Below are positions 21,712-31,479 of a stretch of 64,000 nt of DNA, piece after piece. Within the stretch, counting starts at the first letter, position 1, and every line of letters begins with the position of its first letter. Made by a program: the position numbers and the translations under genes. The notes below the pieces were generated by a model. That model was given only the letters and a program-made list of their open reading frames with translations, searched no databases and was not told where the DNA came from. Origin of the DNA: an uncultured delta proteobacterium. Lineage in GTDB: Bacteria; Desulfobacterota; Desulfobacteria; Desulfobacterales; B30-G6. The stretch is taken from NCBI GenBank assembly GCA_963823335.1, contig CAWGLD010000009.1, positions 1 through 64,000 of the forward strand, given 5' to 3'.

Positions 21712-22695
21712 ATGCCTTCAATCAAGAACCCCCTTGAGGTGATGCGTGATCTCAAGTCTATGGTCCAGGAATCCATTATCGGCCAGGAACAGGTCGTCGA
21801 GCGCCTGATTATTGCCTTGCTGGCCAACGGAAATGTGTTGATGGAAGGACTGCCCGGCCTTGCCAAAACCCGTGCCATCAAAAGCCTGGCCAAAAACCTC
21901 GAATCCGTGTTCAGCAGAATCCAGTTTACCCCGGATCTGCTGCCCTCGGATGTTACCGGTACGGAGGTTTACTATTCAGAGGGCGGCAAGGGCATGTTTA
22001 AATTTCAGCCCGGCCCGATTTTCGGGAATCTCATCCTGGCAGACGAAATCAACCGGGCGCCGGCAAAGGTTCAGGCCGCGCTTCTTGAAGCCATGGAAGA
22101 GCGGCAGGTCACAGTTGCCGGGACAACGCATAAACTGCCGGATCTTTTTATGGTAATGGCCACACAGAATCCGGTGGAGCAGGAAGGTACGTATCCGCTG
22201 CCCGAGGCCCAGATGGACCGCTTCCTGATGCATGTGATGATCACGTATCCGGATGAAGCATCGGAACAGAAAATTCTTCGTCTGGTCAGGGGTGAGGAAA
22301 AGTTAAAAGGTGGAAAAGCTGAAACGTCCAAAAGGATTTCCCAGCAGGTTATTTTTGATGCGCGGGAAAAAATTTTGAATATTACAATGGCAGATGCTGT
22401 TGAAAAATATATTGTATCGCTTATTTATGCGACCCGTTACCCGGAAAAATACAGTGAGGAACTTAAAAAATGGATCCATGTGGGCGCCAGTCCCCGCGGG
22501 ACCATTGCGCTGGATAAAACCTCCCGGGCGCATGCCTGGCTCAACAGTCAGGAGTATGTAACGCCGGACAATGTCCGTGCTGTTATACATGATTGCCTGC
22601 GACATCGCATCATGCTCAGCTACGAGGCAAATGCGGAGGGGATAACTTCAGATGACGTAATCCGTGAGATTGTGAAGCTGGTGGGGGTGGCGTAG
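21712..22695 (+). CDS. MoxR-family AAA+ ATPase
   Basis: EGLPGLAKT, RIQFTPDLLPSD, DEINRAP, ATQNPVEQEGTYPLPEAQMDRF. Confidence 0.96.
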   Translation: MPSIKNPLEVMRDLKSMVQESIIGQEQVVERLIIALLANGNVLMEGLPGLAKTRAIKSLAKNLESVFSRIQFTPDLLPSDVTGTEVYYSEGGKGMFKFQPGPIFGNLILADEINRAPAKVQAALLEAMEERQVTVAGTTHKLPDLFMVMATQNPVEQEGTYPLPEAQMDRFLMHVMITYPDEASEQKILRLVRGEEKLKGGKAETSKRISQQVIFDAREKILNITMADAVEKYIVSLIYATRYPEKYSEELKKWIHVGASPRGTIALDKTSRAHAWLNSQEYVTPDNVRAVIHDCLRHRIMLSYEANAEGITSDDVIREIVKLVGVA

Positions 22696-22795
22696 TCAGT
22701 GAACAGTAATCAGTAAAAAAAGTAATCAGTTATCGATAGTCATCAGTTACTGAACACTGATTACTGATCACTGAATACTGATAACTGATTACTCA
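22696..22795. repeat. degenerate heptamer (CAGTnnn) array with inverted counterpart; similar arrays fill most intergenic gaps of this operon
   Basis: TCAGTGAACAGTAATCAGTAA...ACTGATTACTGATCACTGAATACTGATAACTGA; also ~23793, 25676, 26592, 27200, 28250, 29340, 30030. Confidence 0.85.
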
Positions 22796-22810
22796 TAAGT
22801 TGGAAAAACA

Positions 22811-23788
22811 ATGGAACATCCCAGAGTAAAAACAAGGCCTCCGAAAAAGAACCCTTCCACGGCCGGCGTCTACGCTGATCTCGACGAGCTCATCCGTCTT
22901 CAGTATAAGGCGCAGGGGTTTTCCTTTCTGCCGCGGCAGCCGGTGCACAGCATTCTTGCGGGCCGTCATGCCTCTCGTTTAAGGGGGCGGGGCCTTAATT
23001 TTGAGGAAATCCGTAATTATCTGCCCGGCGATGATATCCGGAATATGGACTGGAAAGTCACGGCTCGGACGCAGAAACCCCATGTGCGGGTATACACGGA
23101 AGAGCGGGACCGTCCGGTGCTGCTTCTGGTGGATCAGCGGATTGGTATGTTTTTCGGCAGTCAGCGGAACATGAAATCCGTGACAGCGGCCGAAGCCGCT
23201 GCCCTGTCTGCCTGGCGTGTTTTCAGCGCGGGCGACAGGGTCGGGGCCATTGTTTTTAACGATTCAGATATGACCGTCATCGAACCCCGGCGCAGCCGGC
23301 AGCAGGTGATGAAAATACTGAAGGCGGTTGTGGAAAAAAATCATCAACTGGGCTTGGGCAAAGGGATTCGATCCAACCCGGGCATGTTCAATGAAGCGAT
23401 GGAACGGGCGCTGCGTCTGGCAAAACATGATTTTCTCGTATGCAGTATCGGCGACGGCAATGGCGTAAATGAAGAAACCGTAAAACTGGCCACCTTGTTA
23501 ACCGCCCACAATGACATGCTGGCCGGGTTTGTTTATGACCCCATCGAAGCGGATTTGCCGGATACGGGACGACTTGTGGTGGCTGAAGAAGAGCTTCAGT
23601 TGGAAGTGGAAACTTCAGATAAAAAGTTTCGGAAGCAATTCTCAGATAAGTTCAACGACCGGCTGAACTGGATAAAAGAAATGTCAAGGCTGCGATCGAT
23701 CCCGGTTATTCCTATTCATACGGGCGAGGGCGTGGCGGAGCAGATTCGGAAGTCTTTGGGGTATCATCCGCCGGTGAGGAAGGTTTAG
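22811..23788 (+). CDS. DUF58 family protein
   Basis: GRGLNFEEIRNYLPGDDIRNMDWKVTAR; follows MoxR. Confidence 0.94.
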   Translation: MEHPRVKTRPPKKNPSTAGVYADLDELIRLQYKAQGFSFLPRQPVHSILAGRHASRLRGRGLNFEEIRNYLPGDDIRNMDWKVTARTQKPHVRVYTEERDRPVLLLVDQRIGMFFGSQRNMKSVTAAEAAALSAWRVFSAGDRVGAIVFNDSDMTVIEPRRSRQQVMKILKAVVEKNHQLGLGKGIRSNPGMFNEAMERALRLAKHDFLVCSIGDGNGVNEETVKLATLLTAHNDMLAGFVYDPIEADLPDTGRLVVAEEELQLEVETSDKKFRKQFSDKFNDRLNWIKEMSRLRSIPVIPIHTGEGVAEQIRKSLGYHPPVRKV

Positions 23789-23972
23789 CCGTATTCAGTA
23801 AACAGTAATCAGTGACCAGTATCCAGTGGTCAGTAAACGGTGAGTTGAAAAGTTACAAAGTTAAAAAGTGGCAGGGTAGAAGCGGGAAAAGGTAGAAAAG
23901 CAAAACATAAAGGTTAAAGGGTTAAGAAATTTAAAAGTTACTGAGTCAAAAAGGTTGAAAAGGAGAAATAAA

Positions 23973-25667
23973 GTGAAAATCAAATTTTTATTCATTTTTC
24001 TGATGGCTGCATTTTTTGTGAATGTTAATGGCGCAATCGCTGCGGATTCAGCCCCAAAACTAATTCTCCAGATTACCATCGACGGGCTTCGGGGCGATAT
24101 TCCGGGGCGGTACCTCGACCGTTTTGACAAAGGCGGTTTTAAATATTTTTTTGACAAAGGCATTGTATACACCAATGCCCAATACCAGCACAGCAACCTG
24201 GAGACGGTGGTCGGCCATGCCGTTCTGGCAACCGGTGCTTTTCCGGCAGCCCACGGCATGGTGGCCAATGTATGGATGGACCGGGAGACCGGTCTGCTGG
24301 GATATGCCATAGAAGACAGCAATTATGACATGGTCGGCGCTGCCGGAGGCGTGGATAAAGACACGGAAATCGACCCGACCCAGGCCGCTGCAAAGTCAGA
24401 GGGACGATCTCCCCGGGCGATTCTGTGCTCTACATTTTCAGATGAGCTGGCCGTGCATACGGCCGGACGTGCAAAAATTTTTGGTGTATCGGTAAAGGAC
24501 CGCGGGGCAATCACCCTGGCCGGTCATGCGGGAAAGGCGTTCTGGTTTTCCAAGAAGACCGGCGGGTTTGTATCCAGCACGTATTATTATGATCAGTATC
24601 CGGACTGGGTAAATGCGTGGAATGAACGCCGGCCGGCGGATGTCTATGCGGGAAACTCCTGGGAACTGCTCAACGATCCGGCTTCCTATATTTGTAGGGA
24701 CACGGATGACCGGCCCTATGAAACGGCACTGCCCGGATATGGCCGGGTGTTTCCCCATCCGTTTGGCAAAAAAGACAGCAAACTGTTTTACACCCTGCTG
24801 ACACTCAGCCCGGTGGGCGATACGTTGACCCTTGATTTTGCCAAATCCCTGTTGATTAATGAAAAACTTGGCCAGGACAACATCACCGACTATCTGTCCA
24901 TCAGCTTTTCCGCCACGGATTATGTGGGCCATGTGTTTGGAATTGCCAGTCTGGAAAACGAGGATAATATGCTCCGGCTGGACCGTACACTTGCCGATCT
25001 GTTAAAATTTGTGGATGAAAACGTCGGGTTAAAGAATACCCTGATCGTTTTGTCGGCAGATCACGGAGCGCCTGAAGCACCGGAATATATGGCAGAGCGG
25101 GGTATGGCGGTGGACCGGCTGGTGCCTTCAAAATTTGATGTTGCCCCGGGTATTGCCGCGTTGAAAAAACGATTTGGCATCGGCAAAGAACTCATTAGAA
25201 TGTATGAACATCCCTATATTTATCTCGATCATCAGCTGATCAGAGAAAAGGGTTTGGATTTGGGAGAAGTGGAACGCGCTGTTGCAGAAGAAATGATGAA
25301 GTTTGATGGAATTGCCCTGGCGATTTCCAGCACTGACATCAGAAACGGCCGCCTGCCCGAAGCACCCGTCATCGAACAGATCCGCCGCAACTTTCATCCC
25401 AAGCGCTCTGGCGATATCTATGTGCTCCAGGAACCCTATTGGTTTTTGTATACGGATGAATCCCTTCCGCTGTGCACCATTCACGGATCTCCCTGGCGAT
25501 ACGACACCTATGTGCCGATCATGTTTGCCGGAAAAAATGTTAAATCCGGCCGAGTCAGCCGCCTGGTCCACCCGGTGGACATTGTTGCCACGCTGGCCTT
25601 GAGCGCCGGTACCAAACTGCCTTCAGGGGCTGTGGGGTGTCCTTTGACCGAGGTGATGGGGAAGTAG
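23973..25667 (+). CDS. alkaline phosphatase family protein (PafA-like)
   Basis: ITIDGLR, ETVVGHA, SVKDRGAI, SATDYVGH, SADHG, HGSPWRYD; GTG start after AGGAG. Confidence 0.9.
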   Translation: MKIKFLFIFLMAAFFVNVNGAIAADSAPKLILQITIDGLRGDIPGRYLDRFDKGGFKYFFDKGIVYTNAQYQHSNLETVVGHAVLATGAFPAAHGMVANVWMDRETGLLGYAIEDSNYDMVGAAGGVDKDTEIDPTQAAAKSEGRSPRAILCSTFSDELAVHTAGRAKIFGVSVKDRGAITLAGHAGKAFWFSKKTGGFVSSTYYYDQYPDWVNAWNERRPADVYAGNSWELLNDPASYICRDTDDRPYETALPGYGRVFPHPFGKKDSKLFYTLLTLSPVGDTLTLDFAKSLLINEKLGQDNITDYLSISFSATDYVGHVFGIASLENEDNMLRLDRTLADLLKFVDENVGLKNTLIVLSADHGAPEAPEYMAERGMAVDRLVPSKFDVAPGIAALKKRFGIGKELIRMYEHPYIYLDHQLIREKGLDLGEVERAVAEEMMKFDGIALAISSTDIRNGRLPEAPVIEQIRRNFHPKRSGDIYVLQEPYWFLYTDESLPLCTIHGSPWRYDTYVPIMFAGKNVKSGRVSRLVHPVDIVATLALSAGTKLPSGAVGCPLTEVMGK

Positions 25668-25800
25668 AGGGAAGAGGCAGTAGTCAGTATCCAGTGAACA
25701 GTAATCAGTGAGTGGAAAAGCTGAAGAGTAAAAGAGTTACAAAGTAGAAAGGTAAAAAAATGCACAACGGTTTGAGACAAAGGCAGAGAAAAGGAGCACC

Positions 25801-26100
25801 ATGAAGAAGATTGATGAAGAAAACAGATACTTTTTCGGCGGTAAGATCGAGATGGAAACCATAATGGGGTGGGGGTATTCCCGGTACATTGTCAGCCAAT
25901 TGGGACCAATGGGGGGCACCCTGATGGCGGTTGATCCAAATGCGCCAAAGGTGGACCGGTTTATCAGAATCGGTGGCGATCCCTACCTGATCCGTTACAA
26001 TAGCCGTCTGCCAGTTGTTGTATATGCGCCTGAGGGTGTTGAAGTGCGTTATCGGTTATGGCACGCCGAGCCGGAGGAAAAGGCGATGGAAAATGGCTGA
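25801..26100 (+). CDS. ecotin-family serine protease inhibitor, N-terminally truncated
   Basis: GWGYSRY, GTLMA, RYNSRLPVVVYAPEGVEVRYRLW; no signal peptide or N-terminal third. Confidence 0.78.
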   Translation: MKKIDEENRYFFGGKIEMETIMGWGYSRYIVSQLGPMGGTLMAVDPNAPKVDRFIRIGGDPYLIRYNSRLPVVVYAPEGVEVRYRLWHAEPEEKAMENG

Positions 26101-26587
26101 TCCGGCGAGTTTACAGAATCTTCATGATATAATAATGCCGTCACCGGTTCCCTGGTGGCCTCCGGCGCCGGGGTGGTATGCAATATTCGCAGGTAGCGCT
26201 GTTGTTGCGGCATGGTTCTGCTGGCGACAATTTAGGAGCTGGCGGGTAAACGCTTATCGCCGCGCGGCATTGGATGAACTTGCCCGGATAAAGGGCCTGG
26301 TTGATTCCGGTGATCGGGAACCGGCCATGAGAAAACTTCCGGAACTGATCAAGCGGACAGCAATGTCTGTGTGGCCCCGGGAAAAAGTGGCTGCGCTCAC
26401 AGGCAGCGGGTGGCTGCAGTTTTTAGATCAGGCTGCAAATACAGACGAATTCACCAAAGGATCTGGGCGGATCCTGTTGGATCTTTCTTATGCAGGGAAT
26501 CAGAAACTGAATGTGATGCCTGATGATCAGGTTTATTTGTTAATTCAGATCGTTGAAAAATGGATCAGGGAACACCGGGTTGGGTAA
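26093..26587 (+). CDS. DUF4381 family protein
   Basis: LHDII.P.PVPWWPPAPGWY, NAYRRAAL, LTGSGWLQFLD. Confidence 0.9.
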   Translation: MADPASLQNLHDIIMPSPVPWWPPAPGWYAIFAGSAVVAAWFCWRQFRSWRVNAYRRAALDELARIKGLVDSGDREPAMRKLPELIKRTAMSVWPREKVAALTGSGWLQFLDQAANTDEFTKGSGRILLDLSYAGNQKLNVMPDDQVYLLIQIVEKWIREHRVG

Positions 26588-26725
26588 GAAGTATTCAGTG
26601 ATCAGTAAGCAGTGAACAGTAAAAGATTGAAAAGTATAAAAGTTGAAGAGTTAAAAAGTGCAGTAATCAGTATGAAAGATAGACCGATAATTTGTCATTT
26701 ATAATCAGGAATTGCGGAGATAATA

Positions 26726-27199
26726 ATGAAAAAAGCAGGTATCGAATATAAAAGCATTCGAAAAAGCAGGAAAAATTTTCTGGTACCAGTGATCTGCTTA
26801 ATCTTCATGTGGCTGTCTGCAGCAGTTGTATATGGTGCAGCGAATGAGTCGCCGGAAGACGCAGCAGCAAAAAAATCACAAAAAAATGAAACGCCTGATT
26901 TCAATCGTCTGGTCGGGAGCTGGGTGCGTCCTGACGGAGGTTATGTTATTGAAATCAGTAAAATACATCCGGATGGCACTGCGGATGCGGCATATTTAAA
27001 TCCCCGGCCGATCAATGTCGCTAAAGCAAAGGTATCCGAAATTGATGGAATGCTCGGACTGTTTATTAAACTTGAAGACCAGGGATATCCGGGGAGCACT
27101 TATGCACTGAAGTATAATCCGGAGTATGACGCAATGGTTGGGGTTTATTTCCAGGCAGCCATTAAACAGTCGTATGATGTGATTTTTCAGAGAAAGTAA
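26726..27199 (+). CDS. hypothetical exported protein
   Basis: signal-like N-terminus; LVGSWVRPDGGY; co-oriented within the operon. Confidence 0.75.
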   Translation: MKKAGIEYKSIRKSRKNFLVPVICLIFMWLSAAVVYGAANESPEDAAAKKSQKNETPDFNRLVGSWVRPDGGYVIEISKIHPDGTADAAYLNPRPINVAKAKVSEIDGMLGLFIKLEDQGYPGSTYALKYNPEYDAMVGVYFQAAIKQSYDVIFQRK

Positions 27200-27268
27200 C
27201 AGCTTGAAGTTAACAGTAATCAGTTATCGGTAATCAGTAGTTACTGAACACTGAATACCTGGAAAAAT

Positions 27269-28282
27269 ATGATCGAATTCAATTACATATGGGCTTTTAT
27301 CCTTCTGCCCCTGCCGCTGGTTCTCAGGTGGTTCCTGCCGGAACATCGTGAGCCGAGGTCGGCCGTCGGGGTGCCGTTTATGGAGCGGTTGTCGGTTATT
27401 ACAGGCCGAAAGCCGGCCCCGGGTGCTGCGATTATTCAAGGGTCTTTCATGCAGATGGTGTTTTTAATTCTGGCGTGGGTCCTGGTTGTCACTGCAATGG
27501 CCCGACCCCAATGGATTGAAAGCCCGATAACAAAAGAAGTGCCGACCCGGGATTTACTTCTTGCCGTTGATCTTTCCGGTTCCATGGAAACCGAGGATTT
27601 TACGGACGCATCAGGCAAAACAGTGGATCGTCTGACGGCCGTTAAGCAGGTTTTGGACGAATTTCTGGCCCGGCGAAAAGGGGACCGGGTGGGGCTTATC
27701 TTTTTCGGGTCAGCCGCCTTTGTCCAGGCACCGTTTACCGAAGACCTGGAAGTCATCCGGACTTTGATGGATGAAGCGCAGGTGCGCATGGCCGGTCCCC
27801 AGACCATGATGGGGGATGCCATTGGTCTGGCGCTTCATGTTTTTGAAAACAGTGAAACACAGGACAGAGTGCTCATTGTGCTCACCGACGGAAACGATAC
27901 CGGCAGCCAGGTGCCGCCGCAAAAAGCATCTGAAATTGCAAGGGATAAAGACATCACCATTCATACGGTGGCCATTGGTGATCCAAAGTCCGTGGGCGAG
28001 GATAAACTGGATGCAGAATCATTAAAAGCCATGTCCCGGATTACCGGCGGCAGTTATTTTCACGGGATGAACCGGAAAGATCTCGAAGAAATCTATAACA
28101 AGCTCGATGCCCTTGAAACCCGGCAGGTTGAAACCATCAGCCACCGGCCGAAAACAGATCTTTTTTTCTGGCCGCTTTCTGTTTTTTTCGGATTGGGACT
28201 GGTGTTTCACGGGGCGGCGATCATTCGGAACAGGAAACTTATAGCAGGCAGTAATCAGTTTACAGTAACCAGTAATCAGTAG
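27269..28282 (+). CDS. VWA domain protein (BatA-like)
   Basis: DLSGSM MIDAS motif, GDRVGLIFF, LTDGND. Confidence 0.93.
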   Translation: MIEFNYIWAFILLPLPLVLRWFLPEHREPRSAVGVPFMERLSVITGRKPAPGAAIIQGSFMQMVFLILAWVLVVTAMARPQWIESPITKEVPTRDLLLAVDLSGSMETEDFTDASGKTVDRLTAVKQVLDEFLARRKGDRVGLIFFGSAAFVQAPFTEDLEVIRTLMDEAQVRMAGPQTMMGDAIGLALHVFENSETQDRVLIVLTDGNDTGSQVPPQKASEIARDKDITIHTVAIGDPKSVGEDKLDAESLKAMSRITGGSYFHGMNRKDLEEIYNKLDALETRQVETISHRPKTDLFFWPLSVFFGLGLVFHGAAIIRNRKLIAGSNQFTVTSNQ

Positions 28283-28376
28283 AAAAAAGTGAGCAGTTGT
28301 CGGTTGTAATTAGTTACTGACCACTGATTACTGATAACTGAACACTGACCAAACTCTCCAGGCAGGCAACGAACAG

Positions 28377-29336
28377 ATGAACGAGTTGATAATAAACTTC
28401 CACTTCCTCCGACCCTGGTGGCTGGCAGCAGCGTTGCCAGCAGGGTTTCTGCTGTGGCTGATTGCCGGGCAGTCGGATTCCAGACGGGCATGGAAAAATA
28501 TTATTTCCGGTCATCTGCTGAAGCATCTTCTGATCGGGGAGTCCGCACAAAGCCGGCTGCGGCCCTGGCATCTTTTGGGGGTGGTATGGCTGATTTCAAT
28601 TATCGCGCTTTCCGGTCCGGCCTGGCAGATTGAGCCGTCGCCGTTTGCGGAAGATCAGTCTGCCTTGTTTATTGTTTTAAAAGTTGCGCCTTCCATGAAG
28701 GCCGAGGATATTCAGCCGTCACGTTTAACTCGGGCGGTCCATAAAATCCGGGATCTCATGGCTTTACGTAAGGGAACATTAAATGGCCTGATTGCCTATT
28801 CAGGCAGCGCGCATTTGGTGATGCCCCTGACCCGGGATAATGACATCATTGAATCTTTTGCCGGTGAATTGTCACCGGAAATCATGCCGTCTGAGGGAGA
28901 CGCACTGGCAGAAGCGGTTTTGCTTGCAAATGATCAGTTAAAAAAATCCGGTTTGAGCGGTTCGGTGCTTCTGATAACTGATGCGGTCTCTGAAGATCAG
29001 CTCCAGGAACTGGCCCGCAATCAAAAGGAAAACACGTTTCCGGTTCATTTGCTGGCCATTGCGTCAGAAAATCCCAGCGGAATCGTTTCCGCTCCGGCCA
29101 TTGATAAAACTATGCTGGGAAAAGCCGCCCGGGCGCTCGACGGTTCACTGACAATCGTTACACCGGATGAACAGGATGTGGAAAATATTGCGTCCAAGGT
29201 TGAAAAAGATCTGACCACAATGATTTTGCCAGACAGCGGACAGCGCTGGAAAGATTCGGGTTTCTGGCTGGTGCCTTTCATCGCGTTTTTTACTTTGATC
29301 TGGTTCCGGCGAGGGTGGGTGGTGAGGTATGAGTGA
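28377..29336 (+). CDS. VWA domain protein (BatB-like)
   Basis: HFLRPWWL, SMKAEDIQPSRL, MPLTRD, LITD. Confidence 0.9.
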   Translation: MNELIINFHFLRPWWLAAALPAGFLLWLIAGQSDSRRAWKNIISGHLLKHLLIGESAQSRLRPWHLLGVVWLISIIALSGPAWQIEPSPFAEDQSALFIVLKVAPSMKAEDIQPSRLTRAVHKIRDLMALRKGTLNGLIAYSGSAHLVMPLTRDNDIIESFAGELSPEIMPSEGDALAEAVLLANDQLKKSGLSGSVLLITDAVSEDQLQELARNQKENTFPVHLLAIASENPSGIVSAPAIDKTMLGKAARALDGSLTIVTPDEQDVENIASKVEKDLTTMILPDSGQRWKDSGFWLVPFIAFFTLIWFRRGWVVRYE

Positions 29337-29442
29337 AAGGAAGTGTTCAGTAATCAGTGAACAGTAAAAGCATAGAAAAAATATATCGTTAATACTGATC
29401 ACTGGTTACTGAAGACAGATTACTAAAACAAACGGTATAGAA

Positions 29443-30045
29443 ATGAAATACGCAATCATAATGATATTGCTCATAATTGGAACCCCCGGCTGCTCCGCCG
29501 ACTATTGGTTCACCCCGGATCAGCAGGGGGACCGGCTGATGAAGTCTGAAAAGTTTGAAGACGCAGCCAGGGTTTATGTTGACCCCTTAAGGAAAGGGGT
29601 TGCGCTGTTTCGCAGCGGGGATTTCGAAGCGGCCGCTGCCGCGTTCGGCCGTCTGAACACCGCCGAAGCCCATTTTAATCGGGGAAACGCCCTGGTGATG
29701 CTTGGAAAGTATACGGATGCGGTTTCTGCCTATGACCGGGCGCTGGATTTACAAGAAAGTTGGAAAATGGCGGAGGACAACAGGGAAATTGCCCGTATAC
29801 GCGCTGAGAGAATGGAACTTGAGGGTGGTGACATGACCGGCGGTATGCTCGGTGCGGATGAAATCGTGTTTTCAGAAGGCGGAAAAAACAAATCCGGTGG
29901 AGAAGAAATCGTTGAGGCAGATGCCGGAGCGCCGCTTTCGGATGAACAGATAAGCTCCCTCTGGCTGCGGCGGGTGCAGACAAAACCCGCTGATTTTTTA
30001 AAAGCAAAGTTTTCGTATCAATTCAGTAAAAGAAGTGAACAGTAA
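29443..30045 (+). CDS. TPR protein (BatC-like)
   Basis: TPDQQG, FNRGNAL TPR, WLRRVQTKPADFL. Confidence 0.88.
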   Translation: MKYAIIMILLIIGTPGCSADYWFTPDQQGDRLMKSEKFEDAARVYVDPLRKGVALFRSGDFEAAAAAFGRLNTAEAHFNRGNALVMLGKYTDAVSAYDRALDLQESWKMAEDNREIARIRAERMELEGGDMTGGMLGADEIVFSEGGKNKSGGEEIVEADAGAPLSDEQISSLWLRRVQTKPADFLKAKFSYQFSKRSEQ

Positions 30046-30114
30046 CTGAAAACTGATTACTGAATACTGACTACTGATTACTTCGATTACTGATCACTGA
30101 AAAAAAGGTTCCGC

Positions 30115-31470
30115 ATGGAATTATTGTCCAGAAAAACCTATATTTTCGTTCTAATCGTTTTGGCATTCAGTTTGTTGCCAAACTGTTCAGCCCATGCCGC
30201 ATCTCCTCAAGTCCGGGTTAGTATCGACACCACTCAGTCATACTGGGTCGGCCAGAAAATACCCTTTTATGTGGATCTGCTCAGCCCGGGATTTTTTTCC
30301 GGTTCCCCGAAGTTTGATCTGCCGGAAATCTCCGGTGTGCTGGTAATGAAAATTCCGGAACGCCCGGTGATGGGCACGGAAGAAATTGAGGGACACAGTT
30401 TTACCAGGCAGCGTCATGAGTTTGTTTTTTTTCCCCAGCGTCCGGGACAGTTGAATATTCCGTCGTTTACGGTAAGGTTTGGTGTTTCCGGACAGGCGGG
30501 TGCACCGCCCAAAGAAATCGCTTTAAAGACAACCCCTTTGACCCTGACCCCCAAAATGCCGCCAGGTGCTGAAAAGCTTGGCACAATTATTTCCACCCGG
30601 GATCTGAAGGTTACTGAAGGCTGGGACCCTGCGCCGAAAGATGCCGTGACCGGAGATGCTTTCACGAGAACCATTACGTTTCAGGCGCCGGACATCCCGG
30701 GCATGGCATTTCCGCCCATGCCGGAGTTGCAGATTCCGGGGATCGGAATTTATCCTGAAGCGCCGGTGGTGAATGACCGGATGGAACGCGGTGATTTTGT
30801 CGGGGAAAGATCTGAAACAGTAAGCTATGTGATGGAGGATGACGGCAAGAGGATCATTCCGGCCATTTCGTTTCACTGGTTTGACATTGCGTCACAAACA
30901 TTAAAATCAGAGCAATTGCCGGAAGTAACATTTAAAGTTTCTCCATCGACAACAGGTCCGTCTTCGGGCCAGCCTTTCGGGCAGCCTGCAATTGCCGGAT
31001 CTCTAAAGATGATATTCGGTATGGCATTTATTTTGATGATCATCGCTGCTGTGGTTTTGTGGAGTCGGCAAAAATATTTGACCGTTCATATCAAATCATG
31101 GCAGGATAAGCAGAAAGAAAGTGAATCCGGTTATTTTAAGCGACTCATCACGGCATGCCACGGAAATGATCCGCAGACCGCTTTAAATGCATTGATGAAA
31201 TGGGTGGATCGCGTGAATCCAGACTTGCAGGCAGCTACCCTGGCCGGGTTTGTCGAAGCCTGGGGCGATCCGGAACTGGCATCCGAAGTGGCCGTACTTC
31301 AAAAGTTGTCTTTTTATCAGGAAAAAGAATCCGGCCTCGGGAAAATGAGAAAATCATGGTCCGGGCAGAAGCTGAAGCGGCTTATAATAAAAGTCAGAAA
31401 ACGGATGAAAAACAGCAAACATATACGGGGAGGGGCGGCCGGTGATCTGATGCGGCTAAATCCAATATAA
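30115..31470 (+). CDS. BatD-family protein
   Basis: signal peptide, WVGQ, GDAFTRTI, C-terminal LNP; last gene of the Bat operon. Confidence 0.85.
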   Translation: MELLSRKTYIFVLIVLAFSLLPNCSAHAASPQVRVSIDTTQSYWVGQKIPFYVDLLSPGFFSGSPKFDLPEISGVLVMKIPERPVMGTEEIEGHSFTRQRHEFVFFPQRPGQLNIPSFTVRFGVSGQAGAPPKEIALKTTPLTLTPKMPPGAEKLGTIISTRDLKVTEGWDPAPKDAVTGDAFTRTITFQAPDIPGMAFPPMPELQIPGIGIYPEAPVVNDRMERGDFVGERSETVSYVMEDDGKRIIPAISFHWFDIASQTLKSEQLPEVTFKVSPSTTGPSSGQPFGQPAIAGSLKMIFGMAFILMIIAAVVLWSRQKYLTVHIKSWQDKQKESESGYFKRLITACHGNDPQTALNALMKWVDRVNPDLQAATLAGFVEAWGDPELASEVAVLQKLSFYQEKESGLGKMRKSWSGQKLKRLIIKVRKRMKNSKHIRGGAAGDLMRLNPI

Positions 31471-31479
31471 TAATTAAAT

